Positions 50,990 to 61,461 of a stretch of DNA of 64,000 nucleotides are shown here, in pieces. Each line of letters opens with the position of its first letter. The first letter of the stretch is position 1. The stretch is from Candidatus Latescibacterota bacterium (GTDB taxonomy: Bacteria > Latescibacterota > UBA2968 > UBA8231): positions 3,424,001-3,488,000 of the forward strand of contig CBDETY010000003.1 of NCBI GenBank assembly GCA_965243025.1, read 5' to 3'. The translations under genes and the position numbers were made by a program. The notes under the pieces were generated by a model. The model was not told the DNA's origin, did no database searches, and worked only from the letters and a program-made list of their open reading frames with translations.

Positions 50990-52074
50990 ATCAGCCCCAG
51001 TTTTGCGAGATAGGCGAGATGGGAATCGTAGATCCGCTGCGCCATCTCGCTGCGCTCGGCGAAATCCTTGAGCACCTCGGTGGCGATGACCCGGAAGCGG
51101 AGGCGCTCCTCCCTGTTCCAGGTCACCAGCTCGACCCCCTGCTCCCTGGCCGTCTGCGCGGCGGCGGCGTCCGCCTCGGCCATCTCCTGGATCATCTGGC
51201 GCGCGAAGTCCCGCACCGCCGCCTCGAGGATCGCCTGGATGTCGGGGGGCAGCTCGTTCCAGCGGTCCATGTTGACGGCGACGTCCCCCATCGGCAGGGA
51301 GTGGAAACCCGGGTAGATCTGGTAGGGGGCGATCTTGTGGTAGCCGAGGTCGACGTTCATCCCCAGGGTCCCCCAGTCGGTGGCGTCGATGACGCCGCGG
51401 TCGAGGGAGGTGTAGACCTCGCTGCCCGGGATGTTGACCGGGGCCGCGCCGATGCGCTTGAAGATCTCCTGATTCAGCCCCTCGGGGATGCGCATCTTCA
51501 CCCCCTTGAGGTCGTCGACCGAGAGCAGCGGCTTCTTCGACGGGATCGACTCCATCCCGTGCCAGACCGAACCGACGTAGAACAGGTTGAAGCGGCCGTA
51601 GAGCTCGCGCGCAAGCTCCTTGCCGCCGCCGTACTCGAACCACATCTGCATCTGGTAGGCGTTCTCGTAGGCCCCGGGGAACTCCGACAGCATGGCGAAG
51701 CCGGCGTCCTTCCCCGCAGAGTAGCCCGGGCCGCTCTGGTGGCCGTCGAGGATGCCGGAGCCGACCGCCTCGAGGGTCTCGTTGTAGGCGACGAGGGTCC
51801 CGACCGGCACCGGGGTGATGGCGAGGCGGCCGCCCGTCAGGGCGGCGACGTTCTCGCAGAACTGCTCGAAGACGCCGTGGTTGATGGAGCCGGCCTGCCA
51901 CAGGGACTGGATCGTCCAGTCGAACTGCTGGGCGCCTGCCCTGCCGGCGATCAGGATCAGGGCCGCCGCGGCGGCGAAGCCGAGCAGGGGCGGGGTCTTG
52001 CGGGCGGGATGGAGAGCAGGGACCGCTTTGGCCCGGTCAGGGCGGTGTGCGGCCCCCTTCGTCATGGTCTTCAC
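50986..52074 (-). CDS. dctP: TRAP transporter substrate-binding protein
   Basis: Signal peptide, TGGRL.I, DLKG.KMR, EVYTSL.RGVID. Confidence 0.9.
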   Translation of the reverse strand: MKTMTKGAAHRPDRAKAVPALHPARKTPPLLGFAAAAALILIAGRAGAQQFDWTIQSLWQAGSINHGVFEQFCENVAALTGGRLAITPVPVGTLVAYNETLEAVGSGILDGHQSGPGYSAGKDAGFAMLSEFPGAYENAYQMQMWFEYGGGKELARELYGRFNLFYVGSVWHGMESIPSKKPLLSVDDLKGVKMRIPEGLNQEIFKRIGAAPVNIPGSEVYTSLDRGVIDATDWGTLGMNVDLGYHKIAPYQIYPGFHSLPMGDVAVNMDRWNELPPDIQAILEAAVRDFARQMIQEMAEADAAAAQTAREQGVELVTWNREERLRFRVIATEVLKDFAERSEMAQRIYDSHLAYLAKLGLM

Positions 52075-52100
52075 GTGATCGCCTTTCGTCTTTTCGTCGC

Positions 52101-53108
52101 TTACTTCTGCATGAACCCGGCGATGTCGATCGGCTCTCCCCCGCGGCGCGCCGATTCCCAGCCGGCGAGCACCGGGGCCAGCGAGTAGAGGCCGTCGTGG
52201 TAGTCGTTGAGGAGGCCGCTGTCGTCGCCGCTGCGCACCGCCTCGCAGAAGCGGCGGTCGAGTTCGAACCAGGGGTTGTACTCCTCCCCCTCGAAGACGC
52301 GCTCGCCGTTCATGTCGATGTGGCTGTAGTTGTGGACGCCGACGTAGCCGCCCTCGTAGTAGAGGAGGAAGTAGGGCTCGTCGGCGGGCTTGCCGGCGGA
52401 GGCGGCGACGAAGCTCATCGTCATGGTCGCCCCGTTCGACATCGAGAAGTTGAACGACGCCGACGTCGGCACCGGGTGGCGTCCGGGGTGGTTGAAGAAG
52501 CACTGCGCGGCGGCGACGTCGAGGCCGCTCATGTAGCGGCAGTAGTCGACCGCGTGCGGGCCCCAGTCGAACCAGGAGGTCCCCCCCTTGTCGAGCTGTG
52601 CGCTCCACCCCGCCTCCTCCGAGGGCGGCACCGGCAGGCCGGAGACGCTCTGGAAGCGGATGTGGACGACCTCCCTGCCGGCGAGCAGCCGCTTCGCCTC
52701 CATGAAGATCGGCCGGTAGCGCTCGCGGAAGCAGACGGTGCTGATCACCCCGGCCTCGCGCACCGCTTCGTCGATGCGGCGGGCGACCTGCATCGTCATC
52801 GCCTGCGGTTTCTCGCTGAACAGGTGAATCCCCTTTGAGGCCGCGGTCGCCTCGATGTCGGTGCGCGTGTAAGCCGGCACGATCGACCACAGGGCGTCGA
52901 GCTGCTCCCTGTCGATCATCTGGTGCCCGTCGGTGTACACCGCGGGTATACCGAATGCCTCTGCGGTCCGGCGCGCCTTCTCCTCATCGACGTCGCAGAT
53001 GGCGGCGACCTCGACTCCCTCGATGCGCTCGAGGTTGGGAAGGTGCTGGTTGTTGGCGAAGTTGCCCGCCCCCAGCACACCGGCCCTGATTGTGCGGGAC
53101 TCGCTCAT
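52101..53108 (-). CDS. Gfo/Idh/MocA oxidoreductase
   Basis: GVLGAG, EKP, D.GPH.VD. Confidence 0.9.
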   Translation of the reverse strand: MSESRTIRAGVLGAGNFANNQHLPNLERIEGVEVAAICDVDEEKARRTAEAFGIPAVYTDGHQMIDREQLDALWSIVPAYTRTDIEATAASKGIHLFSEKPQAMTMQVARRIDEAVREAGVISTVCFRERYRPIFMEAKRLLAGREVVHIRFQSVSGLPVPPSEEAGWSAQLDKGGTSWFDWGPHAVDYCRYMSGLDVAAAQCFFNHPGRHPVPTSASFNFSMSNGATMTMSFVAASAGKPADEPYFLLYYEGGYVGVHNYSHIDMNGERVFEGEEYNPWFELDRRFCEAVRSGDDSGLLNDYHDGLYSLAPVLAGWESARRGGEPIDIAGFMQK

Positions 53109-53246
53109 CTCTCGGTTGTTCTCCCTGTCGTTTTCGTGCCTGCCTGCGCCAGTCCGATCAAATCCGCCGCCGCCTTATTTTGAGGGGCAAATCGCGGTGA
53201 ATCCCAAACCCTTCATCTGTGCGGTTTTTCCCTCAATCCCGGCCTC

Positions 53247-53717
53247 CTACGCTTGATTTCGCGCGCGGGAAACGGCGGGTCTCGTCAGCACGAACCGGTC
53301 CTCGCTGGGTCGGTAATACCCGGGGACGAACCGCCGTTCGGTGAAGCCCCACTTCTCGTACAGGGCCAGGGCCGCGTCGTTGCCCGGAGAAACCGTGAGG
53401 AACACCGGCAGGCCCATGGCGTCGATCTCCTCGAGCAGCTGGTCGAACAGCCGGCTGCCGATCCCCCGCCCGCGCAGGCCGGCCTCTACGAACACCTTGT
53501 GCAGGCAGTAGGAGCCGCTCGTGCAGGGGAAGGCGACCACCGCCCCGACGAGGCGGCCTCCGCTCTCGGCGCAGAAGACGACGGCGTGCTCGATCCAGAT
53601 GCGCCAGGCGTGCTCGCCGTCGGGGATGAACTCGGCGTTCTCTCCCTGCTTCCAGGCCTCGCGGTCGAGGGCGGCGACGGCGAGGAAATCGGCTGGCCGG
53701 GCTCTTCGTATTTGCAA
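53247..53717 (-). CDS. GNAT N-acetyltransferase
   Basis: RGRGIG motif A, N..A.ALYEK.GF. Confidence 0.85.
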   Translation of the reverse strand: MQIRRARPADFLAVAALDREAWKQGENAEFIPDGEHAWRIWIEHAVVFCAESGGRLVGAVVAFPCTSGSYCLHKVFVEAGLRGRGIGSRLFDQLLEEIDAMGLPVFLTVSPGNDAALALYEKWGFTERRFVPGYYRPSEDRFVLTRPAVSRARNQA

Positions 53718-53968
53718 ATGGCGGTCCCTTGCGGGGACTCAATTAAAGACACCGCCGGCAAACGAGGAAGGGGCCGCAAGGCCGGCGGGGTCGGCGACTT
53801 CCGGCGGGGATTGGGGGCGGCCGCGGACTCGAAGCATCATCGGCCCGGGCAGGAAGGTCTTTTCAGGGTCGGGCAATTCCGCCGGGCGGCCGACAACCGC
53901 GCCAGGATACATCGCCGGCCGGGGCCGGAAGGTCTTGTGACCGCAAGGCGATTCGCGAGCCGCCGGCT

Positions 53969-55024
53969 TCAGGCAACCCGCAGCCGCGTCCAGCGGATGC
54001 CGCAAACCCCCTCCTCCTCGCACCAGTGGGTGGCGATAAAGGTCTCATCATCGAGGCGCACCGCCGTGGGAAAACCGAAGCGGATCAGGGCGATCTGCTC
54101 CTGGCTGCTGACCTCCCCGGTCAGCTCGAGGCGGGCGCGGCCGTCGTACATGGTCCCCTCGAACTCGACCTCCCAGCGGCCGGCGGCGGCGCGCACCAGG
54201 CACATCTGCACGCTCTGCTCGCCGAAGCGGCGGTTGTAGAGCACGAGGAAGCGGTCGCCCCCCAGCCAGACCGGGGTCATGGTCTGCCCCTGGATCTCCG
54301 TCGAAAAGGGGCCGTCCCAGGTGCGGCCGCCGTCGTCGGAGAAGCTGTAGCGGTTCCTGAGGTCGGTATCCCTCTCGTAATCCTGCACCCAGGCGATCGC
54401 CAGCAGGCGCCCAGGCCCGCACTCGATCACCTTCTGTTCGAGGTAACCGATCTTCCCGCCGGGATCCTCGAACACGGTGCGCATCCGCGGCCAGGTGGCC
54501 CCCCGGTCCCTGGACTCGTGCAGGACCACGCGCTCGCCGTAGCGGCCCTTGTGGAAGGTAGCGGCCGGCGCCAGCCAGGCGCCGTCGCCGGCGACGACGA
54601 TGGAGTTGGAGATCTCGTAGGGGCCGGGCAGCTGGAAGGGGATGACCTGCGGCGCCGACCAGGTGCGGCCGCCGTCGGTCGAACGGCAAAGCACGGGGTC
54701 GCAGGGCAGGCCCTCTTTCCTTTTACCCGACTCGTCCCTCTGGTCCCGCTGTCCGTAGGCGAGGATGGCGCCGTCCGCGGTGCGGCTGAGACGCAGATGG
54801 TTGATGGTCCGCGGGTTCTCCGTCGGCTCGAGGACCGGCCCCTGGTACGACCAGGTGCGGCCCCCGTCGGTCGACCGGGAGCAGTGCGTTCCCCCCGAAA
54901 CGTGGGCTCCGCCGCCGACGCTGTATGCGCAGACCAGGTCGCCGCCGTCCAGTCTCACCACCGTGGGAAAAGCGGAGTCGCTGCGGTCTATGTGGCCGCT
55001 GTCGAGTACTTCGATTCCCGGCAT
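53969..55024 (-). CDS. Sialidase/BNR-repeat family protein
   Basis: Four Asp-boxes S.D.G.TW. Confidence 0.8.
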   Translation of the reverse strand: MPGIEVLDSGHIDRSDSAFPTVVRLDGGDLVCAYSVGGGAHVSGGTHCSRSTDGGRTWSYQGPVLEPTENPRTINHLRLSRTADGAILAYGQRDQRDESGKRKEGLPCDPVLCRSTDGGRTWSAPQVIPFQLPGPYEISNSIVVAGDGAWLAPAATFHKGRYGERVVLHESRDRGATWPRMRTVFEDPGGKIGYLEQKVIECGPGRLLAIAWVQDYERDTDLRNRYSFSDDGGRTWDGPFSTEIQGQTMTPVWLGGDRFLVLYNRRFGEQSVQMCLVRAAAGRWEVEFEGTMYDGRARLELTGEVSSQEQIALIRFGFPTAVRLDDETFIATHWCEEEGVCGIRWTRLRVA

Positions 55025-55300
55025 TGTCTGTCTCCTTTCTACTCATTGACCTGCTGGTATGGCCGAAGTCGGGATCGGCGGAGCCCGGTGGCAGCTTCTG
55101 CCCATCAGTTTCTCACCTGGAGCTCGACCTCGCGCAATTCGACCTCGGGCGTCACCCGGGGCCCTGCCGCGTCAGCCAGGCCGCCGGCGAATCCCGCCCG
55201 GGGCCCCGGCCCTCGCGAGGGCGAAGTCGCCAAGGTGCTGCCAGCGTATGGAAATCGTCCCACCTCGAGCAGGCGGCGGAGGGGTGGTGGGCGGATCCAT

Positions 55301-57445
55301 TCAATAGGCCACGGCCAGGCGCTGCAGGCGCTCGAAATCTCCCTCGCTGGTGGCGACCTTCACCCGGGCAAGGTAGAGACCCGGGGGAACCAGCCCGCCC
55401 CGGTCGTCGCGTCCGTCCCAGGATACCCAGTGACGGCCCACCTCCTGTCTTTCCAGACGCGCCGACCACACCCGGGACCCGCTCATCGTGTACACCCCCA
55501 CCACGACCTCGACCCCTTCCTGCAACCGCAGCATCGAGTAGCCGATCCGAACCTGCTCGTTGACCCCGTCCCCCTGCGGCGTGAATACCGGCGGATCCGC
55601 CGAAACCGGCCCCAGGACCTCACCCAGCGACGATGGAACCGCCACGACACGCAAGCGGTTCGTACCGACCTCGGAACTGGCGTCGCCGGCCTCCACGGCC
55701 TGGGGAAGGCCTTCTCCGCCGCGCTCGAACACCTCCCCGCCGAAGGTGCCGGAAGCCCCGTACAGGGCGCTCTCGAAACAGATGCGAAAAGCCGGTTCGC
55801 CCCGGGTCACCGGCCGCGGAAGATACAGGGTGAAACCGGACGCCTCGGCGACCACCTCCTCTGGCGCCACCGCCTGCAGCGGGTCTCCCATCTCCAGGCC
55901 GAGGAACTCCGCCGGCGAAGGAGTCAGCAGGCGCACCGCGTCGAAACCGGTCTTTTCCTCTCCGTCGAACTCGGCGCGTACTTCATACACGAAGCCGGTC
56001 GTTTCCCCGACCCGCACCCGGGTCAGGTTGCCCGCCGGGTGCAGGTCGCCGATACCGGCTATTTCCGCCACCACCCGGTCGGCCAGCAGGGGAGAGATCT
56101 CCACCGCCAGCGAGTCCAGGCGCAGGAACTCCCACAGCTTGTCGGTCCGCAGCTTCACCCGCAGCTGCAGGTAGCGGCCCGGCCGCACCCGCGGCCGGGA
56201 TCCCGATTCTGTCATGGGCGCCGACCAGAAGCTCCAGTTCTCGTGGTCGTGAGAGACAGGACCGCGAAAGCCGACCTGCCTGGGGTCGATCTCGGGCCGG
56301 TTGACCCTCAGCGATCTGTACTCCTCGGCGGTTACCTCGACATGGCCGCCGCGTTTGTTGAAGGTGAACCAGGCTACCGGATCGTCGTCAACACCGGTGC
56401 GCAACTCCACCTCGGCTCTGGCGGCGGCATCCGGAGCGTGAACCAGCGGCCCCTCCTCCTGGCGGCGCCAGGTGCTCGCCGCAATGATCACCCGGCCGGT
56501 GTTGAACTCCCCCCCCAGATCCAGCACCCGGGATTCCCACGACGCCTCGGGCACGAAACCGCGGCCGTAGATCTCCAGTTCCCCCCATCCCAACCGGCGG
56601 ATGCACGGGAAGTCGAGCCAGTCAGGCCCGAAGGCGTGGCCGTACTGCCTCCAGATCTCGTCGATATCGAGGCCGCTGGCCCTGCAGACCTCGTCTGCCT
56701 CGGGAAACGCCCGTATGCGGAAGAAACGCTGGTATTGCAACGGAAAGGTGATGTCGATGACGCCAGTAGGTTCGTAATGCTGCCTGGTCGTGAACAACAC
56801 CTTTTCCAGGGATCGATACGGCGGGATAGTGGCAGTCCCCCATTCGGGATGGATGTACCTCCCGATCCCTTCGTCCAGTACTGCCCGGGGGTCGTTGGTT
56901 GCCGACAGTTCGAAGGCGGTGGGGTTGTAAAACGGGCGGTACGGCTGATCGGTAATGTGGTCGATTCCTTCCGGAGGATAGAAGCGGAAACGCTCGGCGG
57001 GTATCCTGCCCCCCATGTCCAGTGTGTAGAATTCGTCCAGGACGACGGCAAACGCATTGGTCATCACGAATGCGGTTTGCGGATCGCCGTCGACGAGTTG
57101 CACGGGAAGCAGGTGCTGCAGGATACTGTTGATCCCCCGCCAGATGCGGGGCTGCCCTTCGCGATACTCCAGGTCCGCGGGGAACTTGTAGCCGTACCAG
57201 GGTCCCAGCTGGGTGACGATGTTCACCCCGGGATCGAGCTCGCGCGGTTGCAGCGCAGCCGGGGTGGTGAAGTCATCCATCAGGATGTTTGCCGCCGGCT
57301 CTGAGAACTCGTTCCATTCAAATCCCGAGTCACCTCCCAGTTGCCAGAGCTCGATTTCCGCCGAAGCCCGGTCGGGATGGACGAGAGGGCCGGCGGCCGC
57401 GGCAGCCATGATGCCGATGGTTCCGCTGAAGAGCATTCCTTTCAT
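55301..57445 (-). CDS. Large secreted protein with C-terminal FlgD Ig-like domain
   Basis: Signal peptide from MKGMLF; FTPQGDGVN, WDGRDDRG..VPPGLY. Confidence 0.75.
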   Translation of the reverse strand: MKGMLFSGTIGIMAAAAAGPLVHPDRASAEIELWQLGGDSGFEWNEFSEPAANILMDDFTTPAALQPRELDPGVNIVTQLGPWYGYKFPADLEYREGQPRIWRGINSILQHLLPVQLVDGDPQTAFVMTNAFAVVLDEFYTLDMGGRIPAERFRFYPPEGIDHITDQPYRPFYNPTAFELSATNDPRAVLDEGIGRYIHPEWGTATIPPYRSLEKVLFTTRQHYEPTGVIDITFPLQYQRFFRIRAFPEADEVCRASGLDIDEIWRQYGHAFGPDWLDFPCIRRLGWGELEIYGRGFVPEASWESRVLDLGGEFNTGRVIIAASTWRRQEEGPLVHAPDAAARAEVELRTGVDDDPVAWFTFNKRGGHVEVTAEEYRSLRVNRPEIDPRQVGFRGPVSHDHENWSFWSAPMTESGSRPRVRPGRYLQLRVKLRTDKLWEFLRLDSLAVEISPLLADRVVAEIAGIGDLHPAGNLTRVRVGETTGFVYEVRAEFDGEEKTGFDAVRLLTPSPAEFLGLEMGDPLQAVAPEEVVAEASGFTLYLPRPVTRGEPAFRICFESALYGASGTFGGEVFERGGEGLPQAVEAGDASSEVGTNRLRVVAVPSSLGEVLGPVSADPPVFTPQGDGVNEQVRIGYSMLRLQEGVEVVVGVYTMSGSRVWSARLERQEVGRHWVSWDGRDDRGGLVPPGLYLARVKVATSEGDFERLQRLAVAY

Positions 57446-57931
57446 GGTGACTCTCAGGCTCCCCACGCAGCGCGCGCTGCTGCCGGCGGGCTCCCAGGCC
57501 CCGCCCCTCGACATTGCCGCACCGCCGGTTCGGCGTACCTTGTCCGCTCCGGGAGCCGATGCTCGGAAGATCCCGCTCGATTCCGAAACGCGACATGCGC
57601 CGCTGCCGGGAAAGTTTGCAATCAATATATGCAATCCCCATATGCAATCCCCGGCCGCAACAGGCCGGGACCGGGGACCCCGGGCGACGGGGAATGGATC
57701 TTCGAGGCAGTCGGTTTTCGTTCCGTCCAGGAGCCCTTCAGGGGATGCAAGGCGGGGGATCGGCTCCCGACTGCCGCGCCGGCAACCCGGGGGAACCGGC
57801 GCGGATGCCCTGCCTTCGTGCCGGCCCTGCCTTCGTTCCGGGCCCGCCCCGGGCGCATGTCCCTCCGTTTCCGGGGCAGTAGCGGCCGGAGCGGGATTTG
57901 ACGATCCTCTGCACGCGAAGGGACTGACCCG

Positions 57932-58711
57932 ATGACCGACGACGAGAAATACCTCTTCGACCTCACCGGCTACCTCGTCCTCAGGGACGTTGTCGATCCG
58001 GACCTCATCGCCGGCGCCAACCGCGCCATAGACCATTACTTCGACGAGCTCGAGGAGCACGAGCGGCGCTTCGAAGGGGATTCGAAGGCGCTGACCAGCG
58101 AGGTCAGGCAGAAGTGGTGCGAAGAGATGATCGCCTGGGAGAAACCCCACTGCGAGCCGTTCCGGGAGCTCATGGTCCAGCCGGCGGTCAAGCCCTACCT
58201 CAGCGAGCTGCTCGGCCCCGGTTACCGCACCTCCGGGCCGCCCCGGCTCATCGTCATGGATCCGGGGTGCGCCGGCCATTACATGCACGGAGGCCGCGTC
58301 GACCGGCAGGGCTTCGATTTCTCCTACTCGGCGAAGTTCGGCAACATCCACTGCAGCCTTCTTCTGGTCGAGTTCCCCCTCGCCGACGAGGGACCCGGGG
58401 AGGGGGGTCTGGCGGTGGTTCCGGGCGGGCACAAGGCCAACTACCCGATCCCGCAGAGCCTGAGGGACTACGAGGACCACCAGGAGGAGATCGTCGAGGT
58501 CGAGGTCAGGGCCGGGGACGCGGTGATCTTCCCCGAGACCACCATTCACGGCACCATGGTGTGGCGCGGCAGCCATCAGCGGCGCACCCTGCTGCACGGA
58601 TACAACCCCGCGTACCAGGGGGGTGAGCTTTCCCGCCTCAAGGTGTCGTACCCCGACTACATCCAGGACATGACGGAAGAGCAGCGGAGCATGCTGCGCG
58701 CTCCGGTCTGA
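57932..58711 (+). CDS. PhyH-family dioxygenase-like protein (HGG motif)
   Basis: EKYLFDL.GY, MHGG, VPGGHK, FPETTIHG. Confidence 0.85.
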   Translation: MTDDEKYLFDLTGYLVLRDVVDPDLIAGANRAIDHYFDELEEHERRFEGDSKALTSEVRQKWCEEMIAWEKPHCEPFRELMVQPAVKPYLSELLGPGYRTSGPPRLIVMDPGCAGHYMHGGRVDRQGFDFSYSAKFGNIHCSLLLVEFPLADEGPGEGGLAVVPGGHKANYPIPQSLRDYEDHQEEIVEVEVRAGDAVIFPETTIHGTMVWRGSHQRRTLLHGYNPAYQGGELSRLKVSYPDYIQDMTEEQRSMLRAPV

Positions 58712-58727
58712 CAAAGGCAGGGCAGCG

Positions 58728-59507
58728 GTGAACGACGACGAAAAATTCCTCTTCGACCTGAAGGGGTACCTGGTGCTCAGGGAAGTGCTCTCCCCCGAGG
58801 AGGTGGCCCGCTGCAACGAGGCGATCGACCGCCACGCCGGCACCTTCTTCGAGACCGGGCGCAGACTCGAGGGGGATTCCCGGGTCCTCGGGGGCACTGC
58901 AAAGCAGAAGTGGATGGAGGGGATGCTGGCCTGGGAGCGCCCCTGGTGCGAGCCGTTCCGCGAGCTGCTCGTGCACCCGCGCATCACACCCCTTCTGGGG
59001 GAGCTGCTCGACAAACCCCGCCTCGACCACGGCCCCCTGCTGATCGCCATGGACAAGGGGAACGGCGGCCACTATCTCCACGGCGGTGCGGTCGAGCGCC
59101 AGGATTTCTCGCAGACCTACGAGTTCAAGTACGGCCGGATGTTCTGCGGCCTCACCGTGGTCGAGTTCCAGCTCGCCGCCGAAGGCCCGGGCGACGGCGG
59201 CCTCGCCATCGTTCCGGGGTCCCACAAGAGCCATTTCCCGATGCCGGGGAGCCTGGCGATGTACGAGCAGTACCGCGACTACGTGAAGGAGATCCACACC
59301 GAGCCGGGGGACGCCGTCATCTTCACCGAGGCGGTCACCCACGGCACCCTGGTCTGGCAGGGGGAGCACCAGCGGCGCTCGCTCATCTACAAGTACAACA
59401 CCGGTTTCCAGGCCCACGGGCCGGGGTACCACCGCTCCCAGCTGCCGGAATTCGCCCTCGACATGAGCGACGAGCAGCGAACCTTGTTCCGCGCCACCGG
59501 ACAGTAG
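58728..59507 (+). CDS. PhyH-family dioxygenase-like protein (HGG motif)
   Basis: LHGG, VPGSHK, FTEAVTHG; paralog of the previous gene. Confidence 0.85.
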   Translation: MNDDEKFLFDLKGYLVLREVLSPEEVARCNEAIDRHAGTFFETGRRLEGDSRVLGGTAKQKWMEGMLAWERPWCEPFRELLVHPRITPLLGELLDKPRLDHGPLLIAMDKGNGGHYLHGGAVERQDFSQTYEFKYGRMFCGLTVVEFQLAAEGPGDGGLAIVPGSHKSHFPMPGSLAMYEQYRDYVKEIHTEPGDAVIFTEAVTHGTLVWQGEHQRRSLIYKYNTGFQAHGPGYHRSQLPEFALDMSDEQRTLFRATGQ

Positions 59508-59520
59508 CCGAAAGAGCCCC

Positions 59521-61452
59521 ATGACCGACACCCGCATCACCGCCGACGTCCCTGTTTCCGAGCTGCCGTCATGGGCGGTCTGGGAACGCCACCTCATCGA
59601 CCTCCTCAACGACTCCGTCCACCCCTTTCTCGAGCACTTCACCCGCGACGACGGCGAGTTCATCTGGCGGGACGAATGGGGCGGCGGCAGCTGCGACGAC
59701 TACTACGAGCCGTTCTTCAGCTGGCCGGCGATCTACATGATGGGCGGGGCGGAGCACATGCTCTCCCTGGCGGAGCGGCAGTGGGAGGCGATCACCCGGC
59801 AGCTCACCCGACTCGGCGCCGTGCACAACGAGTACGGGATCAAGGAGGACAACTTCCACCAGTCGGAAAGCGACATCTTCTTCTACAACCTCTGCCTCGC
59901 CAGTCCGCGGGCGGAAAAATGGAGGGAGAGGGCCCGCCGCTTCGCCGGCTTCTACCTCAACGAGGACCCCGAGGCGGTCAGCTACGACCCGGAGCGCCGC
60001 ATCGTCATGTCCCCCCTCAACGGCAGCCGCGGCGCCTGGATCGCCCCGCCGGAATCGCGGGAAAACCGTTCCTATGCCCCTCTCGGCGGCACCATGGAGC
60101 GCTACAGCCTCCCCTTCTTCGACCTGCCCGGCATAGAGACGGTGAAGGACCTCGGCGACCCGCGGAAAGCCAGGGCCATGGGGCAGGCGATGTACGACCG
60201 CCACAGCCGCGGCGACGTCGCCTCGAACCTGTCGATCACCACCCTGGTGACCAACGCCTTCCTGGTCAGCGGCGAGGAGAAGTACCGCGACTGGGTGGTC
60301 GAGTACACCGGCGCCTGGATGCGCAGGGCCGAGGAGAACGGCGGCCTGATCCCCGACAACGTCGGCCTGTCGGGTGAGGTCGGGGAGTACTGCAACGGCA
60401 ACTGGTACGGCGGCCTCTACGGCTGGACCTGGCCGCACGGCTTCGCGACCCTGATCGCCGCGGTGTTCGACGCCGGGGCGAACGCCTTCCTGCTGACCCG
60501 CGACTCGAGCTACCTCGACCTGCCCCGCGGCCAGATCGACCGCATCCTCGAGCTCGGTGAGCTGCGCCGGGAGGACGCCCGCGACAGGCTCGGACCGGGG
60601 CAGTCGGACGGCGGTCCCTCCGGCGGCGGCGAAACCTTCATGGTTCCCCAACGCTACGGCGATGCCGGCTGGTTCGACTGGTCGCCGCCGTCCCCGGTCT
60701 GGCCGATGGCCCTGTGGAACCTGTCGATGGCGGAGGAGGACTGGAGCCGGATCGAGGAAATACGCGCCAAAAGCGGGGACGGCTGGAACAGGGTCAGCGC
60801 CTCCCACGGCAAGACCGACGCCGGCCACGAGGCCCCCTGGGTGCGGTTCCTGGCGGGGGCCAACCCCGATTATCCCGAGCGCATCCTGCACGCCACCGAG
60901 CAGATCGTGCGCCGGCGCCTGGCGCTCGTGCGGGAAGACCAGTCGGTCGGCACCCGGCACCACGTTCACCACTGGCAGTGGGCCAACCCCGTCTCCTCGG
61001 AGGCGCTGGTGCAGCTCACCCTCGGGGCGCCGCAGCAGGTCTACAACGGCGGCCTGCTGCACGCGCGCCTGCGCTACTTCGACGCGCAGCAGCGCCGCCC
61101 GGGGCTGCCGCCCGACGTCGCGGCGCTGGTGGAGAAGCTCGAGGCCGAGCGCACGGTGGTGCGCCTGGTGAACCTCGGCGGCACGGAGACGCGCGACCTC
61201 ATCCTGCAGGCCGGCGCCTTCGGCGAGCACCGGTTCGGCACGGTGAAGAGCCTCGGGCGCACCAGCGTGTGGCCGGGGGAGCTGGGCGGGTACGCCGGCC
61301 CCTCCACGCCGCCGACGGAACTGGAGGAACGCACCGCCGAGGTGAACTCGACCCACTGCGCCGTTACCCTGCCCCCGGGGATGGAGATCACCCTCGACAT
61401 GGCCACCGAGCGCTACGCGGCCTCCCCTTCCTATTCCAATGCGCCGTTCTGA
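59521..61452 (+). CDS. Conserved hypothetical protein (643 aa)
   Basis: Long ORF with host-like codon use, tightly spaced in the PhyH operon; DDYYE, YGWTWPHG, RRPGLP.DVAALV. Confidence 0.7.
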   Translation: MTDTRITADVPVSELPSWAVWERHLIDLLNDSVHPFLEHFTRDDGEFIWRDEWGGGSCDDYYEPFFSWPAIYMMGGAEHMLSLAERQWEAITRQLTRLGAVHNEYGIKEDNFHQSESDIFFYNLCLASPRAEKWRERARRFAGFYLNEDPEAVSYDPERRIVMSPLNGSRGAWIAPPESRENRSYAPLGGTMERYSLPFFDLPGIETVKDLGDPRKARAMGQAMYDRHSRGDVASNLSITTLVTNAFLVSGEEKYRDWVVEYTGAWMRRAEENGGLIPDNVGLSGEVGEYCNGNWYGGLYGWTWPHGFATLIAAVFDAGANAFLLTRDSSYLDLPRGQIDRILELGELRREDARDRLGPGQSDGGPSGGGETFMVPQRYGDAGWFDWSPPSPVWPMALWNLSMAEEDWSRIEEIRAKSGDGWNRVSASHGKTDAGHEAPWVRFLAGANPDYPERILHATEQIVRRRLALVREDQSVGTRHHVHHWQWANPVSSEALVQLTLGAPQQVYNGGLLHARLRYFDAQQRRPGLPPDVAALVEKLEAERTVVRLVNLGGTETRDLILQAGAFGEHRFGTVKSLGRTSVWPGELGGYAGPSTPPTELEERTAEVNSTHCAVTLPPGMEITLDMATERYAASPSYSNAPF

Positions 61453-61461
61453 TCCGGAGCC

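Noticed and set aside
50501-52890. DctP or DctQ fusion proteins suggested by the 634 aa and 466 aa ORFs
   Set aside because: Upstream parts are off-frame overlaps of neighbouring genes; true starts are near 52074 and 50989
54026-59056. 1092 aa (+) ORF and the N-terminal ~535 aa of the 1251 aa (-) ORF
   Set aside because: Shadow frames; the real gene most likely starts at 57445 with a signal peptide
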